Shown: positions 1-13,145, counted from the stretch's first letter. The stretch: 64,000 nt of DNA from the human T2T-CHM13v2.0 reference genome, Homo sapiens (GCF_009914755.1 NC_060935.1); one strand, 5' to 3'. Translations and numbers: made by a program. The notes: generated by a model not told the origin, from the sequence alone.

Positions 1-1318
1 AAAAAGGATGGACTCATCACACCAGTCAAGAAAGCTCCACCCGCTCCAGAGTCGTGGGCCATAGTCCCAGGGGAAAACCCTACCAAACTAAAGCTGAGAA
101 AAATTTAACTCTTTTATCTATTCTATTACTCTTTCTTCTTTCCTCACTCTATTGCTGACCATCTAGTTATTAACATAACCAAGTCAATTTTGCCTCAAAC
201 TATTGCATTTAATGCTTGCCTTATTATACCCTGTGGGGACTTGCCAAGTCAAAGACAGCTCTCTACTTCAGAAAAGTACCTCTGTCCCTCCTGACTCTCC
301 TCAGACTGGGCATTAGTAAATTAGGACTATTTGATTGGGGGAAACTTTGGTAAAGACTCCAGTGTCAACCAGGAGTCTTGCCCCCCAATGTAGAACTTTT
401 ATGCCATAGTTGGTCCAACGTTCTGTTGACCACTAAAGAGCAAGGATGGACTGACCCAACTGGTTTTTGTAATTTCCTAAAATCATACATTCATTTTACT
501 AGAGGATCATAGAAGTTAAAGACTTAAAACAAACTTTGGCAGTTAAGACAAGATACCAAGATGCAAATGCCTGGTTAAAATGGATCAAATATTCCATTTG
601 CACGTTAAACAAAAGCAATTGTTATGCTTGTGCACATGGCAGGCCAGAGGCCCAGACAGTCCCCTTTCCACTAAGGTGGTCCTCCAGTGGACCGTGGGCT
701 GCATGGTATCTCTTTTCCAGGATTCTACAGCCTGGAGTAATAAGTCATGCCAAGCTCTCTCTGCTATATCCCAAAGTCTGGCACCCTGAAGTTCAGCCCC
801 CGAGGGCCATCCAGCTGCCATCTCCCAACACTAAGTTCATTTCGTGTCTCTCACAATAGGAAGGAAACTTAGCGTTCCTTGGAAACCTGAAGGGATGTAG
901 TGAATTTAAGAATTTTCAAGAGCTTATCAATCAGTCAGCCCTTATTCATCCCAGAGCAGATGTGTGGTGGTATTGTGGTGGACCTTTACTGGGCACTCTG
1001 CTGAATAACTGGAGTGGCACTTGTACTTCAGTCCAATTGGCTATCCCTTTCACCCTGGCATTTCATCAGCCAGAGGGAGGAAAAATAAGACATTGTAAAG
1101 CGAGAGAAGCCCCTTATGGGTCTTTTGACTCTCACGTCTATTTAGATGCAATTGGATTCCCATGGGGAATACCAGATCACTTTAAAGCTTGAAATCAAAT
1201 AGCTGCAAGATTAAAGTCAACATTTTAGTAGATAACTGTAAATAAATATGTAGATTAGATGAACTACATCTATTACAACCAACAGCAATGAACTTTTCAT
1301 GAGTTAAAAGAAAAACTC

Positions 1319-1860
1319 ATGTTGGCCTCAGCCCTGGGGCTACCTGACCTGACAAAACCCTTTACACTCTATGTGTCAGAAAGAGAAAAAATGGCAGTTG
1401 GAGTTTTAGCCCAGACTGTCGGGCCCTGGCCAAGGACAGTGGCCTATCTCTCAAAACAACTAGACAAAGTTTCCAAAGGCTGGCCCCCATGTCTAAGGGC
1501 CCTGGCAGTGACAGCCCTGTTAGCACAAGAAGCAGATAAACTAACGCTTAGGCAAAACCTGAATATAAAGGCCTTCCATGCTGTGGTAACTTTGATGAAT
1601 ACCAAAGGACATCATTGGCTAACAAATGCTAGATTAACCAAGTATCAAAGCTTGCTATGTGAAAATCCCCCATAACCATTGAAGTTTGCAACACCCTAAA
1701 CCCTGCCACCTTGTTCCCGGTATCAGAGAGCTCAGCTGAACATAAATATGTAGAGGTATTGGACTAGTTTATTCTAGCAGGCCCAACCTCCAAGACCATC
1801 CTTGAACATCAGTAGACTGTGAGCTGTATGTGGACAGTAGCAGTTTCACCAACCCCTGCA
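1319..1860 (+). pseudogene. Gammaretroviral pol fragment (RT connection/RNase H tether)
   Basis: ORF 1319-1675 has ALGLPDLTKPFTLYV, VAYLSKQLD.VSKGWPPCLRALA and WLTNARLTKYQSLL, and continues past a frameshift. Confidence 0.9.
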
Positions 1861-1924
1861 AAGTGACTCTGAAGAGGACAACAAGCCCTGCTCCAGTCAC
1901 ATCCAGAAGCTGACTGGTCCACAC

Positions 1925-3995
1925 ATGGCCAAAGCATAAGAAAACTCATCATGGGACTCATTTTCCTTAAAATTTGAACTTGTACAGTAAGGACTTCAAC
2001 TGACCTTCCTCAGACTGAGGACTGTTCCCAGTGTATACACCAAGTCACTGAGGTAGGACAAAAAGTTGCTATGGTCCTATTATTTTATGGTTATTATAAG
2101 TGTACTGGAACTCTGAAAATAACTTGTTTGTATAATGTTATTCTATACAAGGTATGTAACCCAGGAAATGACCTGCGTTATGTGTGTTATGACCCATCTG
2201 AGCTTCCCATGACCACAGTTTTTGAAATAAGATTAAGGACTGAGGACTCGTGGGGGCTCATAAATGACATGATTAAAGTGTTAGCCAAAACAGAAGAAAA
2301 AGGGGTGCCCAAAAAAGTCACCTTGAAATTTGATGCCTGTGCTGTCATTAATAGTAATAAGTTAGAAATAGGATATGGTTCTCTTAATTAAAAAAGAGGC
2401 TATATGACAAAAAATAAGTACATTTGTCATGAATTAGGACTGTGTGAAAATGAATGTGGATACTGGTCTTGTGTCATTTAGGCTACTTGGATAAAAAATG
2501 AAAAAAAAATCCTGTCCACCTTCAGAAAAGGAAAAGTGGCCCTTCCTATACCAGGGGTCCGTGTAACCCCTTAGAACTGGTAATAACCAACCCCCTTGAT
2601 CCTCCCTGGAAAAAAGGGGAGCATGTAACCCTAGAAATCGATGGGGCTGGACTGGATCCTTGAGTAAATATCATAGTTTGAGAAGAAGTTTATAAACCCT
2701 CTCCTGAGCCAGTATTTCAAACTTCTATGATGAACTGAATGTGCCAGTGCCAGAAATTCCAGGAAAAACAAGAAATTTGTTTTTGCAATTAGCCAAGCAT
2801 GTAGCCCAGTCTCTCAATGTCACTTCATGTTATTTATGCGGAGGAACTATACTGGGAGATCAATGGCCATGGGAAGCCTGAGAATTAGTACCTACAGACC
2901 CAGTTCCTGATAAATTCCTGGCTCAAGAGAATCACCCTGATAACTTCTGGGTCTTGAAAGCCTCAATCATTAGACAATACTGTATAGCAAGAGTGGGGAA
3001 GGACTTCACCCTTCCTGTGGGAAGACCCAGCTGCCTTGGGCAAAAACTGTATAATAGTACTACAAAAACAGCCACCGTGGCGTTCAAACCACACTAAGAA
3101 AAATCCATTTAGTAAATTCCCAAAGTTGTAAACCATGTGAACCCACCCAGAGTACCACCGGGACTGGACAGCCCCCACTGGATTATACTGGATATGTGGG
3201 CATAGAACTTATGCCAAATTACCTGACCAGTGGGAAAGTAGTTGTGTTATTGGCACTATTAAATCATCTTTCTTCCTACTGCCCATAAAGACAGGTGAAC
3301 TCCTGGGCTTCCCTGTCTATGCTTCCCATGAAAAGAGAAACATAGCCATAAGAAATTGGAAAGATAATAAATGGTCCCCTGAAAGAATCATACAATATTA
3401 TTGGCCTGCTACTTGGGCAAAAGACAGCTCATGGGGATACTGGACCCCCATTTACATGCTCAACCAAAGCATATGGTTACAAGCTGTCTTAGAAATAATC
3501 ACTAATAAGACCAGCAGAGCCTTGACTATTCTGGCCCAGCAAGAAACTCAGATGAGAAATGCTATCTATCAAAATAGATTGGCTCCCAACTACTTGCTGG
3601 CAGCTGAAGGAGGGGTCTGTAGGACATTTAACCTTACTAATTGCTATCTACACATAGATGACCAAGGGCAAGTAGTTGAAGACATAGTTAGAAATATGAC
3701 AAAACTGGCACATGTGCCCGTGCAAGTGTGGCATGGATATGATCCTGGGGCCATGTTTGGAAAATGGTTCCCAGTGCTAGGAGGATTTAAAACTCTTATA
3801 ATAGGAGTAATAATAGTAATAGAAACCTGCTTACTGCTCTCTTGTTTGCTACCTGTACTTCTTCAAATGATAAAAAGCTTCATCGCTACCTTAGTTCACC
3901 AAAATGCTTCAGCACAAATGTACTATATGAATCACTATTGATCTGTCTTGCAAGAAGACATGGGTAGTGAAAATGAAAGTGAGAACTCCCACTAA
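1925..3995 (+). pseudogene. HERV-E-like env pseudogene (SU+TM)
   Basis: SU fragments; degenerate furin site HEKR at ~3327-3338; TM ORF 3456-3941 with immunosuppressive domain [20 protein letters not shown]7C(Y) motif and hydrophobic anchor; multiple stops upstream. Confidence 0.85.
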
Positions 3996-4021
3996 TGAGT
4001 GAGATTCTCAAAGCGGGGGAC

Positions 4022-4475
4022 TAAAGGAGGAGACCACCCCTCATATTGTCTTATGCCCATTTCTGCCTCCAAAGAAAGAAGAAGTAAAAACTAAAAGGCG
4101 GAAATGAAATCCACAGGCAGACAGCCCAGCACCACACCCTGGGCCTGGTTAAAGATCGACCCCTGAGCTAACTGGTTATGTTATCTATGGATCCCAGACA
4201 TTGTATGGAAAAGCACTGTGAAAATCCCTGTCCTGTTCCATTCTGATTACTGGTGCATGCAGCCCCCAGTCACATAACCCCTGCTTGCTCAATTGATCAC
4301 GACCCTCTCACATGGACCCACTTAAAGTTGTAAGCCCTTAAAAGGGACAGGAATTGCTCACTCTGGGAACTTGGTTTTTGGAGACGTGAGTCTTGCTGAA
4401 GCTCCCGGCCAAATAAAGCCCTTCCTTCTTTAACTTGGTGTCTGAGGGGTTCTGTCTACAGCTTGTCCTGCTATG
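4022..4475 (+). mobile_element. 3' LTR, LTR2 family (HERV-E/Harlequin)
   Basis: Starts TAAAGGAGGAGACCACCCCTCATATTGTCTTATGCCC right after the PPT; AATAAA at ~4412; ends ..GTCCTGCTA(TG). Confidence 0.85.
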
Positions 4476-4770
4476 TGTCTACTTTGGATACCTCATATGA
4501 GAGGAATCACAGAGTATTTGTCTTTTTCTGATGGCTTCTTTTTTTTTTTTGTGATGGCTTCTTTTACTTAGCATGAGATCTCCAAGTCTCATTCTTGTTG
4601 TAGCATATGATAGGATTTCCTTCTTCTGTAAGGTTGATTAATGTTTCATTGTATGTATATACCACATTTTCTTTATTCATCCATTAATGTACATTTGGGT
4701 TGCTTCCACCTCTTGGCTATTATTAATAATGCTGCAATAAATATGTGTACAAATATCTTTACAAGATCAT
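4476..4770 (-). mobile_element. Old L1 (L1M) 3' fragment
   Basis: Antisense L1 3'-end motifs (ATATACCACATTTTCTTTATTCATCCA, TTGGCTATTATTAATAATGCTGCAATAAA). Confidence 0.7.
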
Positions 4771-5260
4771 GTAACTCATAGATACTTATTTCTTTAAAGT
4801 TAGTTTTTGGAGATTTATTGTATTCCTTTAGTTGGGCCATGTTTTCTTGCTTCTCTGTATGCCTTGTGATCTTTTATTGAGATTTGTGCATTTGAAAACA
4901 ACACCAACCTTTTCCAGTCATTACAAACTGACTTTATGTAGTGGAAGACCTTTACCGGTTAGCATAGCTAGAGATTCTGGGGGCCCTTCAAACTTCTTTG
5001 GGACATGTATGTGTAATTTCCTAGTAAAAGAGTTTTGCCTGCTTCTTCTTCTTTCTCCCCCTGGTGTCTGCCTGCAGTACTACAATCTCCCTAGTGGTGA
5101 AATAGTGTGCCTGCCTTTGTTCTCCGAGGCTCACAACATGCTATTCAACTCTGCACTCTGAGTCAGGCAAGACAGAAACCAGTACCTTGGGTAACCCCCA
5201 CAAAACCCAGAATGCTGGACTCATGGTCTAGTCCTCTTGCCTCTTTAAAGGAGAATCTGG

Positions 5261-5753
5261 TGCAGTGGGATAATTAAGTAATCAGAGAGACAGAGAGGTT
5301 GGGGAGGAATTATTTAATTTTTTAGGTGCACCAAGCCAGTCAGATTAACATCCAAAGGAATGAGCCCTGAACAAAGAATGTGGTTACCTTTTAAGCATTT
5401 TGTGGGGTGGGGGGAGATCTGTGCAGGAGGAAGCATATTACAGAAGTGAGAAACAAAGACAGTTATTTAATTAAGACATGCATTACATCATTTCTTCCTT
5501 TTCAAGAAACAACATGTTTTATGACTTGAGATTATCTGTCTAGTGACCTTGCAGCTGCACAGCTAGAAAAACAATGCTTCACCATGCCTGGGAAAGACAG
5601 AGATAAGGCTCACTAGCCTCAGAAAGAAAAATAGGCAGTTAATTTTAAAGGACTCCAGCCCTTTCTCTTCCTTAAGGGAAATTGGGGGTTTTTTTTTACA
5701 TAAAACTGAGTTTTTGCTTACACAGTTTTTAATTTCTTTTAATTCCTGTTCCA
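5261..5753 (-). mobile_element. Solo ERV1 LTR (probably LTR15)
   Basis: TG...CA termini with exact 4-bp TSD CTGG (5257-5260 and 5754-5757); the minus strand begins TGGAACAGGAATTAAAAGAAATT. Subfamily name is from memory. Confidence 0.75.
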
Positions 5754-6870
5754 CTGGAACTTTAATGTTTTCTGTAGATCAAGTCGCATTGTGCCAGGGT
5801 GAAAGAGTGGCTGGAATGAGTAAAATGCGACAACAATTTCTCCTCATTTTGATGCATCTTTTCCTGGCTTTGCATTCACCTAAGGTGCTGCAACCTCTTA
5901 ACTAGTTTCTAGAGTTCTCACAAAGGCATTGTAGTTCATACATTGTTGTCAAGTCAGTCTCTCCATGGGGAAATGAGGGCCTGAGGCTTCCTATTCCACC
6001 GTCTTGCTGATGACACTCAAGTCAATTTCCTATTGCTAGAGCCTATTGTGCCGAGAGGTCATCTAGTTATCCCAAGTTTCTGTGTCAGAGCTCAAAAACA
6101 GATGCTTATGTTTGACAACAAGGGGTTGGAGAGAAATTTTGGAGTTCCTCTAAGTATACGTACAACTCCCTGTGCACATTATCCATAAAATATCTCTTAT
6201 TCCTGCAGGTCCATGAGCAAGTCTGTCTCTCTGGCCTTTCTAGTTCCAAGGATCTCTCCTTAGAGAATAAGGAGGCCTTAACTCTTTGGACCCAAAACAA
6301 TTATTTGTGCTTTTGTTTCCTAGCTAGCCCTGTTTCCCAGGTCCCATCTGCATCTCAGTTTTCGTTACCCACTTTCCAACTCCTCTCCTTCAGGACCAGA
6401 AAATCTTCTATTCCCTAAGGACATCTGTGCTTCTCTTAATTATCATGTTATCCCTTCCATTCCATGATACCTCTCGTACCCCATACACTAGGAACTCTTC
6501 TCTTTCTATACATCTTTCTGAAGCACATATAAAATCTCTAGTGAGATATTATTCTTTGGATTGCTGGAAAACAAAAGCTAGAAGCTAGTAAGCAGCATCT
6601 CCTTTTCCTTTCTCCATTAGTATATTCCTCTATCTCCTTCACTTATCTCTCCCTTTGCATATATTATGTTTTTAAAAACATACCTTTATATGTAATATAC
6701 AAATATTTATATATACAATTATTTATATATTTAAATGTATTTAAATATACAATTATTTATATAATTAAATGTATTTTCAAATAACATATTTGTGTGTAAT
6801 ACACAAATTATTTATGTATTTAAATATATTTTCAAGTAACTTAAAAATGCATATATATATTCCATGTGTG

Positions 6871-6872
<2 letters not shown>

Positions 6873-6939
<67 letters not shown>
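6873..6939. repeat. Compound microsatellite (TG)n(TA)n
   Basis: Directly visible. Confidence 0.97.
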
Positions 6940-6942
<3 letters not shown>

Positions 6943-8228
6943 TGTATGTTATTTAGACAATTTGGTGACCCTGTTAGGGGCACAGTGTCTGTGGCTTCAG
7001 AGCTGGAGGTAAGGTGGAAATATTTTCATCTTTTTCCAAATATGAGGGAATACTAAGTAGAAAAAAATTAAGATAAAAAATAAATTACTGGAAGTAATCA
7101 GCAAGGGTTGAAGCACTTTGCTGCTGGCATAAGGGAAAAAGAATCAACATAGATGATAGCTAGCTAATACAGCACTATGTGATTCCTGAGCCCCATCCAG
7201 ACGGCGACTTTCCTCCTCTTGATGTCCAGCCCCTCCTGGCCAAGCTGAAAGCATCCATTTAAGAGATGAGAGCAAGTTACCCACTGTGTCTGGTGAAACT
7301 GTACCTAGAGTCTGAGAAGGATTAAAACAAGCTATCTTGACCTTTTACTGGGGGAAAATACCACGCTTTGCTGAAATTGACGATGAAAAGATTCAGAAGG
7401 GAAACCACAAGGAACTTTCTGAACTGCTTCTTCTGCTAGAAAGAGTGTACTTATTGAAGATGAATTGTTTTCTTAATCTAGTATTATCAGCCTGACAGAG
7501 TTATTCACAAGTAGTTAAGTTCCTGGGAATCACATGAGCAGCAGCAATCCCAAGAAACCTGAGTCAGTAAAAAAATAAATTGCTGATCTTGAAGAGATTC
7601 AAAGAGGAAGGCAAAAGCATTGTCAGCTTTGTTCAAACTGTATCTCAAATTTAGTTGTTTTTTGTTTTTCTATCCACCAGGCAATCAAAAGGATGTTGCT
7701 TTATACATCTTTCCTGTGTTTTTCATACAGTAAACTCAAAATTTAAACCAAGGGACATATTTTAATTAATTAAAAGATTTAAATATTTTCCCTGGAATGT
7801 GTACAACTTTGTCTTATTATATTTCTTGTATTTTTTGTTGTGTGAAGAAAAGACATTTGAGCATATATTAAAACTGTCTGGATATTACTATATAAAACAT
7901 TGGAAAATATCACAAATTAACTTAAATATAAAATAACTGGAATGTGCTAGGGTCTTTTAATAGCTACTTCATGAAACTTAAATAAGGTGACTAAAAATAA
8001 CAGCATATAAAAATGATAATACTTAAATTTTCTGCTTGGATATTTTAAATTAGAAGTATTGATTTAATTAAGTTACATATGTTGACAAGCTTAAGTAAAT
8101 TTTAAATATAAAGAAAAATAAAAATGCTAATATTTACATTCATGAGCATCTTTTTAAAGTTGAAGCTCAGCTCTTCCAATTATGATAGAACCAGACTTAA
8201 TCTTCCACTCTGTACAGTTAAAAAACTG

Positions 8229-8371
8229 GGTTGGGCCCAGTGGCTCATGCTTCTAATCCCAGCACTTTGGGAGGCTGAAGTGGGAGGATCCTTTGAGCCC
8301 AGGATTTCAAGGCTGCAGTGACCTATGATTGTACCACTGCACTTGAACCTGGATGATCTTGTCTCAATAAA
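8229..8371 (+). mobile_element. Alu monomer (FAM/FRAM-like)
   Basis: Single arm CAGTGGCTCATGC..CCCAGCACTTTGGGAGGCTGA..GGCTGCAGTGA..ACCACTGCAC followed by an A-rich end. Confidence 0.75.
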
Positions 8372-8379
8372 ATTTTTTA

Positions 8380-10650
8380 AATCATAAAGAAAACTGGAAA
8401 AAAATAAGCACAACTCTTTCCGGACATTGGACAAAGTTAGTGCAGGAATTTCAACATTGACAAGTGAAAAAACAAAGTGAATATAATAATTGCTCTGGTT
8501 TTCTGCATGAAGAAACTTTCCATACCATGGTAGGGAGAGAGATTTATTCTGATATTGCTGAATTCATAAGACAAAAACCAGAATTTGAGGGCACTGAAAC
8601 AGCTGGAATTAATGAGAAGAGAACAATAAAGGGGATAGCTCTCCAGAGACAGAGTTCCAGAAATCTGCAAGTATCCTAAATTTGTTGTCCAATACAAAGC
8701 TGTACCTTTATAGGTTGAAATTTTAAAAGTACAGTCAAGGACTAGCCAGGTAGTTGTAAGCTGTATGATTACCAGGGCTCACACAATGCTGGGAGACATT
8801 CAAGTTCCAATCAGCTGGAATGCAGAGACTTCCATGAATACTTGGGGGATAGAATAGAGACCTCCAGAAAGGTTATTAATAATAAGTCAATTATTATTAA
8901 TGCTTTAATAATTAATCTGTTAATAATAAACAAATTATTAGTAAAGCATACCCCCAATTAATAACAATGATAAACCTTCTCATACTGTTTGGCTCTGTGT
9001 CCCCACTCAAGTCTCATGTTGAATTGTAATCCCTAATGATGGGGGAGGGACCTGGTGGGAGGTGATCGGATCATGGGAGTGGACTCTCCTTTTGCTGTTC
9101 ACATAATAGTGAGTTCTCACGAGATCTGGTTGTTTGAAAGTGTGTAGCACTTCCCCCTTCACTCTCTCCTCCTCCTGCTTCCACTGCATAAGACATGCTG
9201 GCTTCCCCTTCACCTTCTGCCATGATTGTAAGTTTCCTGAGGCCTCCCCAGCCATGCCTCTTGTAGATCCTGTGAAACTGTGAGTCAATTAAACCTCTTT
9301 TCTTTATAAACTACCCAGTGTCAGGTAGTTCTTTATAGCAATGTGAAAAGGGACTAATACACCCTCCCGATCATGCCTTTGTAAAAGTCTCAAAAGAATC
9401 AAATTGGTCTTTAAGTTTAATTTCCTGCAAGAAATAAAATGGAATATCTTGTGAAAAAAGAAAAATTTGGGTACTCAATCAAATAAAAATCATAATATCC
9501 AGCATCTAATCCCAAATTACTATACATGGCAAGAAACAGAAAAATCACAATAACAAATAGCCAGGAGAAAAATTAATAAAAAAGACCTGTAAATTATAGA
9601 GATTACAATAAAAGAGAAGTGCTTTAGAATATTCATTATAAATGTGCATAAGAATTTCAAGAAATACTTGGACACAAAGAGTATAAAAATATAAAAAATC
9701 AAATAGAACTTCTAGAGATAAAAGCTACAGTATATGAAATGAATAAATCACTGCCTATGAGTAACAACACATTAAGTTTTCCAGAAGAAAATGTTAGTGA
9801 ACTGGAAGGTGGAAATAGAATCTCTATAATCTGAAGCAAAGAGTAGGAAAAAAGTCTGGAAACATTAATAAAGCATCAGTGGGACAGTATGAAGTAGTCT
9901 AACATGTAATCTGAGTCCAAGAAGAGAGCATGAATTTAAAACATATTTGTATAAATCATTGGAATTTCCAAATTTGATAAAAGTATAAACCCACAGATCC
10001 AAACAGCCTAACTAGCCACAAGCTGGATGAAGAAAAATCAAACTACACCAAAGCATAACTTAATTAGGTTGCTAAAAATGAGTAAGAAAGAGAATGTTTT
10101 AACAGCAGAGGGGGAAAAGGACTCATTATCACAAAGATAAGGATACTTGCAGACTTCTCATAAGACATTATGTAAGCCAGAAGACAGTCATAAGACATCA
10201 TTAGAGTACTTGAAGGCAAAAGCTGTCAACATGGGATCCACATCCTTTGAAAATATTAATCAAAACTTAAGGTAAAATAAAGATGTATTCAGACAACAGA
10301 CAAAAAGATCTGAGAAAATTTAGTACCAGAAAAATCAATACAATGAATGTCAAAGGACGTTCCTCATGTTAACAGAAAATGAAAAAACCTTGCTGAGACA
10401 TATTAATGAAGGCCTAAATCAATTAAAAAGTATGTTCTGTTAATGGATTAGAATACTTAATATTGTTAAGCTAGCAATTCTTCCCTTATAGACCTATAAA
10501 TTCAATACCCTCCTAATCAAAATTCAGGAAGGTCTTTTAGGATTGGATATGTTGACATGCTAATTCTAAAATTTACATGAAATAAAGACTTAGAATGGCC
10601 AAATCAATTTTAATAATGAAGAAAAATAACATAGATATGCGCTACTATAA
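8380..10650 (+). mobile_element. Highly diverged L1M fragments (ORF1/ORF2 remnants), interrupted by an MST LTR
   Basis: A-rich strand with L1 motifs (ATCAAATAGAACTTCTAGAGATAAAA, TAATTCTAAAATTTACATG). Boundaries approximate. Confidence 0.6.
8980..9361 (+). mobile_element. MaLR solo LTR (MSTA-like)
   Basis: GTTTGGCTCTGTGTCCCCAC..GAATTGTAATCCC start and AACTGTGAGTCAATTAAACCTCTTTTC..GGACTAATACA end; degenerate 5-bp TSD CCTTC/CCCTC. Confidence 0.9.
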
Positions 10651-11550
10651 AGCTATTATACATTTTAATGATAAAAATTAATAACAAGATACAAACCAAA
10701 GAAACAGGAAATTTCCAGTCAAGTATTAAGATAAAATGCATCAATTATTTCAGTAGCCACAGCAGTGGCCTTCAACTCATTTCCTTTTTTTCTGGTTTAA
10801 TTCATGTTCTTATTAAAGATAAAAGTATATCTCTCTTGAAATCCTTTCCACAGAGTATTGCAAGTTTACAGGATCAGGACTCAGAATCAAGAAAAATAAG
10901 AGTTGTGGAAAATGGCAAATTTTGAAAACAGTTAATTTAAACTAAGTTCAACTACAGATTTTTAATGGTCATTGTGAACACCCGAGATGATTCTTCCTGA
11001 ATCTGTTTCATGCTCTATGATCCAATTTACTGTGTAATGTAAGAATGACACATCACTGTTAGACTGTTAGAACTGTTGATTTGCTCCTGACTTTGCATAT
11101 AGTATTCAGTATTATTATTTTACAACCTCAAATATAGAAATACCTCTTATAACTGTTGTAACAATGATTGAAGCCCTTTGAGGCTTCTCTTACATTTACA
11201 AGTGGATTTAATTTGATTTTATAAATATAAATTACCTTTAATAGTTGGATGCATGTTTTCTCAATAGACAGCAGTTTTTGCAGCAATTCTATTATAGTAC
11301 ACTTACAAATTGCTCATTATTGATTACCCATTTCTTTATCATTGACTGAAAAAATCACGTCTGAATATTCTTTAATCTTTTAGTATCATTACGTTTCTTA
11401 TACTATTTGATATATAGGATGAGTGAAGAGAAATTAGATTTTAGAGGATAAAGGGGACAGAAATATATGATACACAAATTTAGCTTAGTGGGAAGTCTTC
11501 ATTTTGCTTCAGTAAGTCTAAGGAAAAAAAATACTGGATAAATACTTTTT

Positions 11551-13145
11551 ATTTATTTATTTATTTATTTATTTAATTTTTTATTGACCATTCTTGGGTG
11601 TTTCTCACAGAGGGGGATTTGGCAGGGTCATAGGACAATAGTGGAGGGAAGGTCAGCAGATAAACAAGTGAACAAAGGTCTCTGGTTTTCCTAGGCAGAG
11701 GACCCTGCGGCCTTCCGAGGTGTTTGTGTCCCTGGGTACTTGAGATTAGGGAGTGGTGATGACTCTTAACGAGCATGCTGCCTTCAAGCATCTGTTTAAC
11801 AAAGCACACCTTGCACCGCCCTTAATCCATTTAACCCTGAGTGGACACAGCACATGTTTCAGAGAGCACAGGGTTGGGGGTAAGGTCACAGATCAACAGG
11901 ATCCCAAGGCAGAAGAATTTTTCTTAGTACAGAACAAAATGAAAAGTCTCCCATGTCTACTTCTTTCCACACAGACAAGGCAACCATCCGATTTCTCAAT
12001 CTTTTCCCCACCTTTCCCCCCTTTCTATTCCACAAAACCGCCATTGTCCTCATGGCCTGTTCTCAATGAGCTATTGGGTACACTTCCCAGATGGGGTGGT
12101 GGCCGGGCAGAGGGGCTCCTCACTTCCCAGTAGGGGCGGCTGGGCAGAGGCACCCCTCACCTCCCGGACGGGGCGGCTGGCCGGGCGGGGGGCTGACCCC
12201 TCCACCTCCCTCCCGGACGGGGCGGCTGGCCGGGTGGGGGGCTGAACCCCCCACCTCCCTCCCGGACGGGGCGGCTGGCCGGGCAGAGGGCTGACCCCCC
12301 CACCTCCCTCCCAGACGTGGTGGCTGGCCGGGTGGGGGGCTGAACCCCCCACCTCCCTCCCGGACGGGGCGGCTGGCCGGGCGGGGTCTGACCCCCCCCA
12401 CCTCCCTCCCGGACGGAGCGGCTGGCCGGGTAGAGGGGCTCCTCACTTCCCAGTAGGGGCGGCTGGGCAGAGGCGCCCCTCACCTCCCGGACGGGGCGGC
12501 TGGCCGGGCGGGGGGCTGACCCCCCCCACCTCCCTCCCGGATGGGGCAGCTGGCCTGGCGGGGGCTGACCCCCACCTCCCTCCCGGACGGGGTGGCTGCC
12601 TGGCGGAGACGCTCCTCACTTCCCAGACGGGGTGGCTGCCGGGCGGAGGGGCTCCTCACTTCTCAGACGGGGCGGTTGCCAGGCGGAGGGTCTCCTCCCT
12701 TCTCAGATGGGGCGGCTGGGCAGAGACGCTCCTCACCTCCCAGACGGGGTCGCGGCCGGGCAGAGGTGCTCCTCACATCCCAGACAGGGCGGTGGGGCAA
12801 AGGCGCTCCCCACATCTCAGAAGATGGGCGGCCGGGCGGAGACACTCCTCACCTCCCAGATGGGATGGTGGCCGGGAAGAGGCGCTCCCCACTTCCTAGA
12901 TGGGATGGCAGCCGGGCAGAGACGCTCCTCACTTTCCAGACTGGGCAGCCAGGCAGAGGGGCTCCTCACGTCCCAGACGATAGGCGGCCAGGCAGAGACG
13001 CTCCTCACTTCCCAGACGGGGTGGCGGCCGGGCAGAGGCTGCACTCTCGGCACTTTGGGAGGCCAAGGCAGGCGGCTGGGAGGTGGAGGTTGTAGGGAGC
13101 CGAGATCACGCCACTGCACTCCAGCCTGGGCACCATTGAGCACTC
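11551..13145 (-). mobile_element. SVA retrotransposon, 5'-truncated (no CCCTCT hexamer; partial Alu-like domain, VNTR, SINE-R, (TAAA)n tail); probably SVA_D
   Basis: SINE-R at ~11585-12075, GC-rich VNTR at ~12075-13035, Alu-like part at ~13035-13145; 14-bp TSD GATAAATACTTTTT at 11537-11550 and 13146-13159, with a TTTT/AA L1 endonuclease site. Confidence 0.97.
12817..13075 (-). CDS. MS4A4E: Putative SVA-derived terminal coding exon of an MS4A4E isoform (S)RLPWPPKVPRVQ...RPPIF*
   Basis: Acceptor CCTCCACCTCCCAG|C at 13076/13075, phase-compatible with the donor at 16166; stop at 12817-12819; SVA AATAAA at 11580-11585. Usage is inferred. Confidence 0.5.

Larger units (their letters stand above)
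1..4021 (+). mobile_element. ERV1 internal region (Harlequin-like mosaic of HERV-I/IP-type env, HERV-E-type pol fragment and HERV-E-type env), degenerate, runs off window start
   Basis: Integrase C-terminal tail at 1-108; first env-like piece (NAWLKWIKYS..NKSNCYACAHGRP, WWYCGGPLL..NWSGTC); RT-connection piece (ALGLPDLTKPFTLYVSERE..VAYLSKQLD); second env with TM domain; purine tract at 4011-4020 before the LTR. Many stops and frameshifts. Family names are from recalled consensus. Confidence 0.85.

Noticed and set aside
3456-3941. 161-aa env TM ORF as a domesticated syncytin-like gene
   Set aside because: SU is broken by stops and frameshifts, there is no signal peptide, and the furin site, ISD and cysteine motif are mutated.
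6769-7056. ORFs with VCVC/YIYI/THTH runs (also 17460-17819)
   Set aside because: Translations of dinucleotide microsatellites.
7200-7500. Possible processed pseudogene fragment
   Set aside because: No recognisable protein in the frames I read, and no poly(A) or TSD.
12075-12620. Regularly spaced repeats resembling a CRISPR-like array
   Set aside because: SVA VNTR units without unique spacers, in primate DNA.
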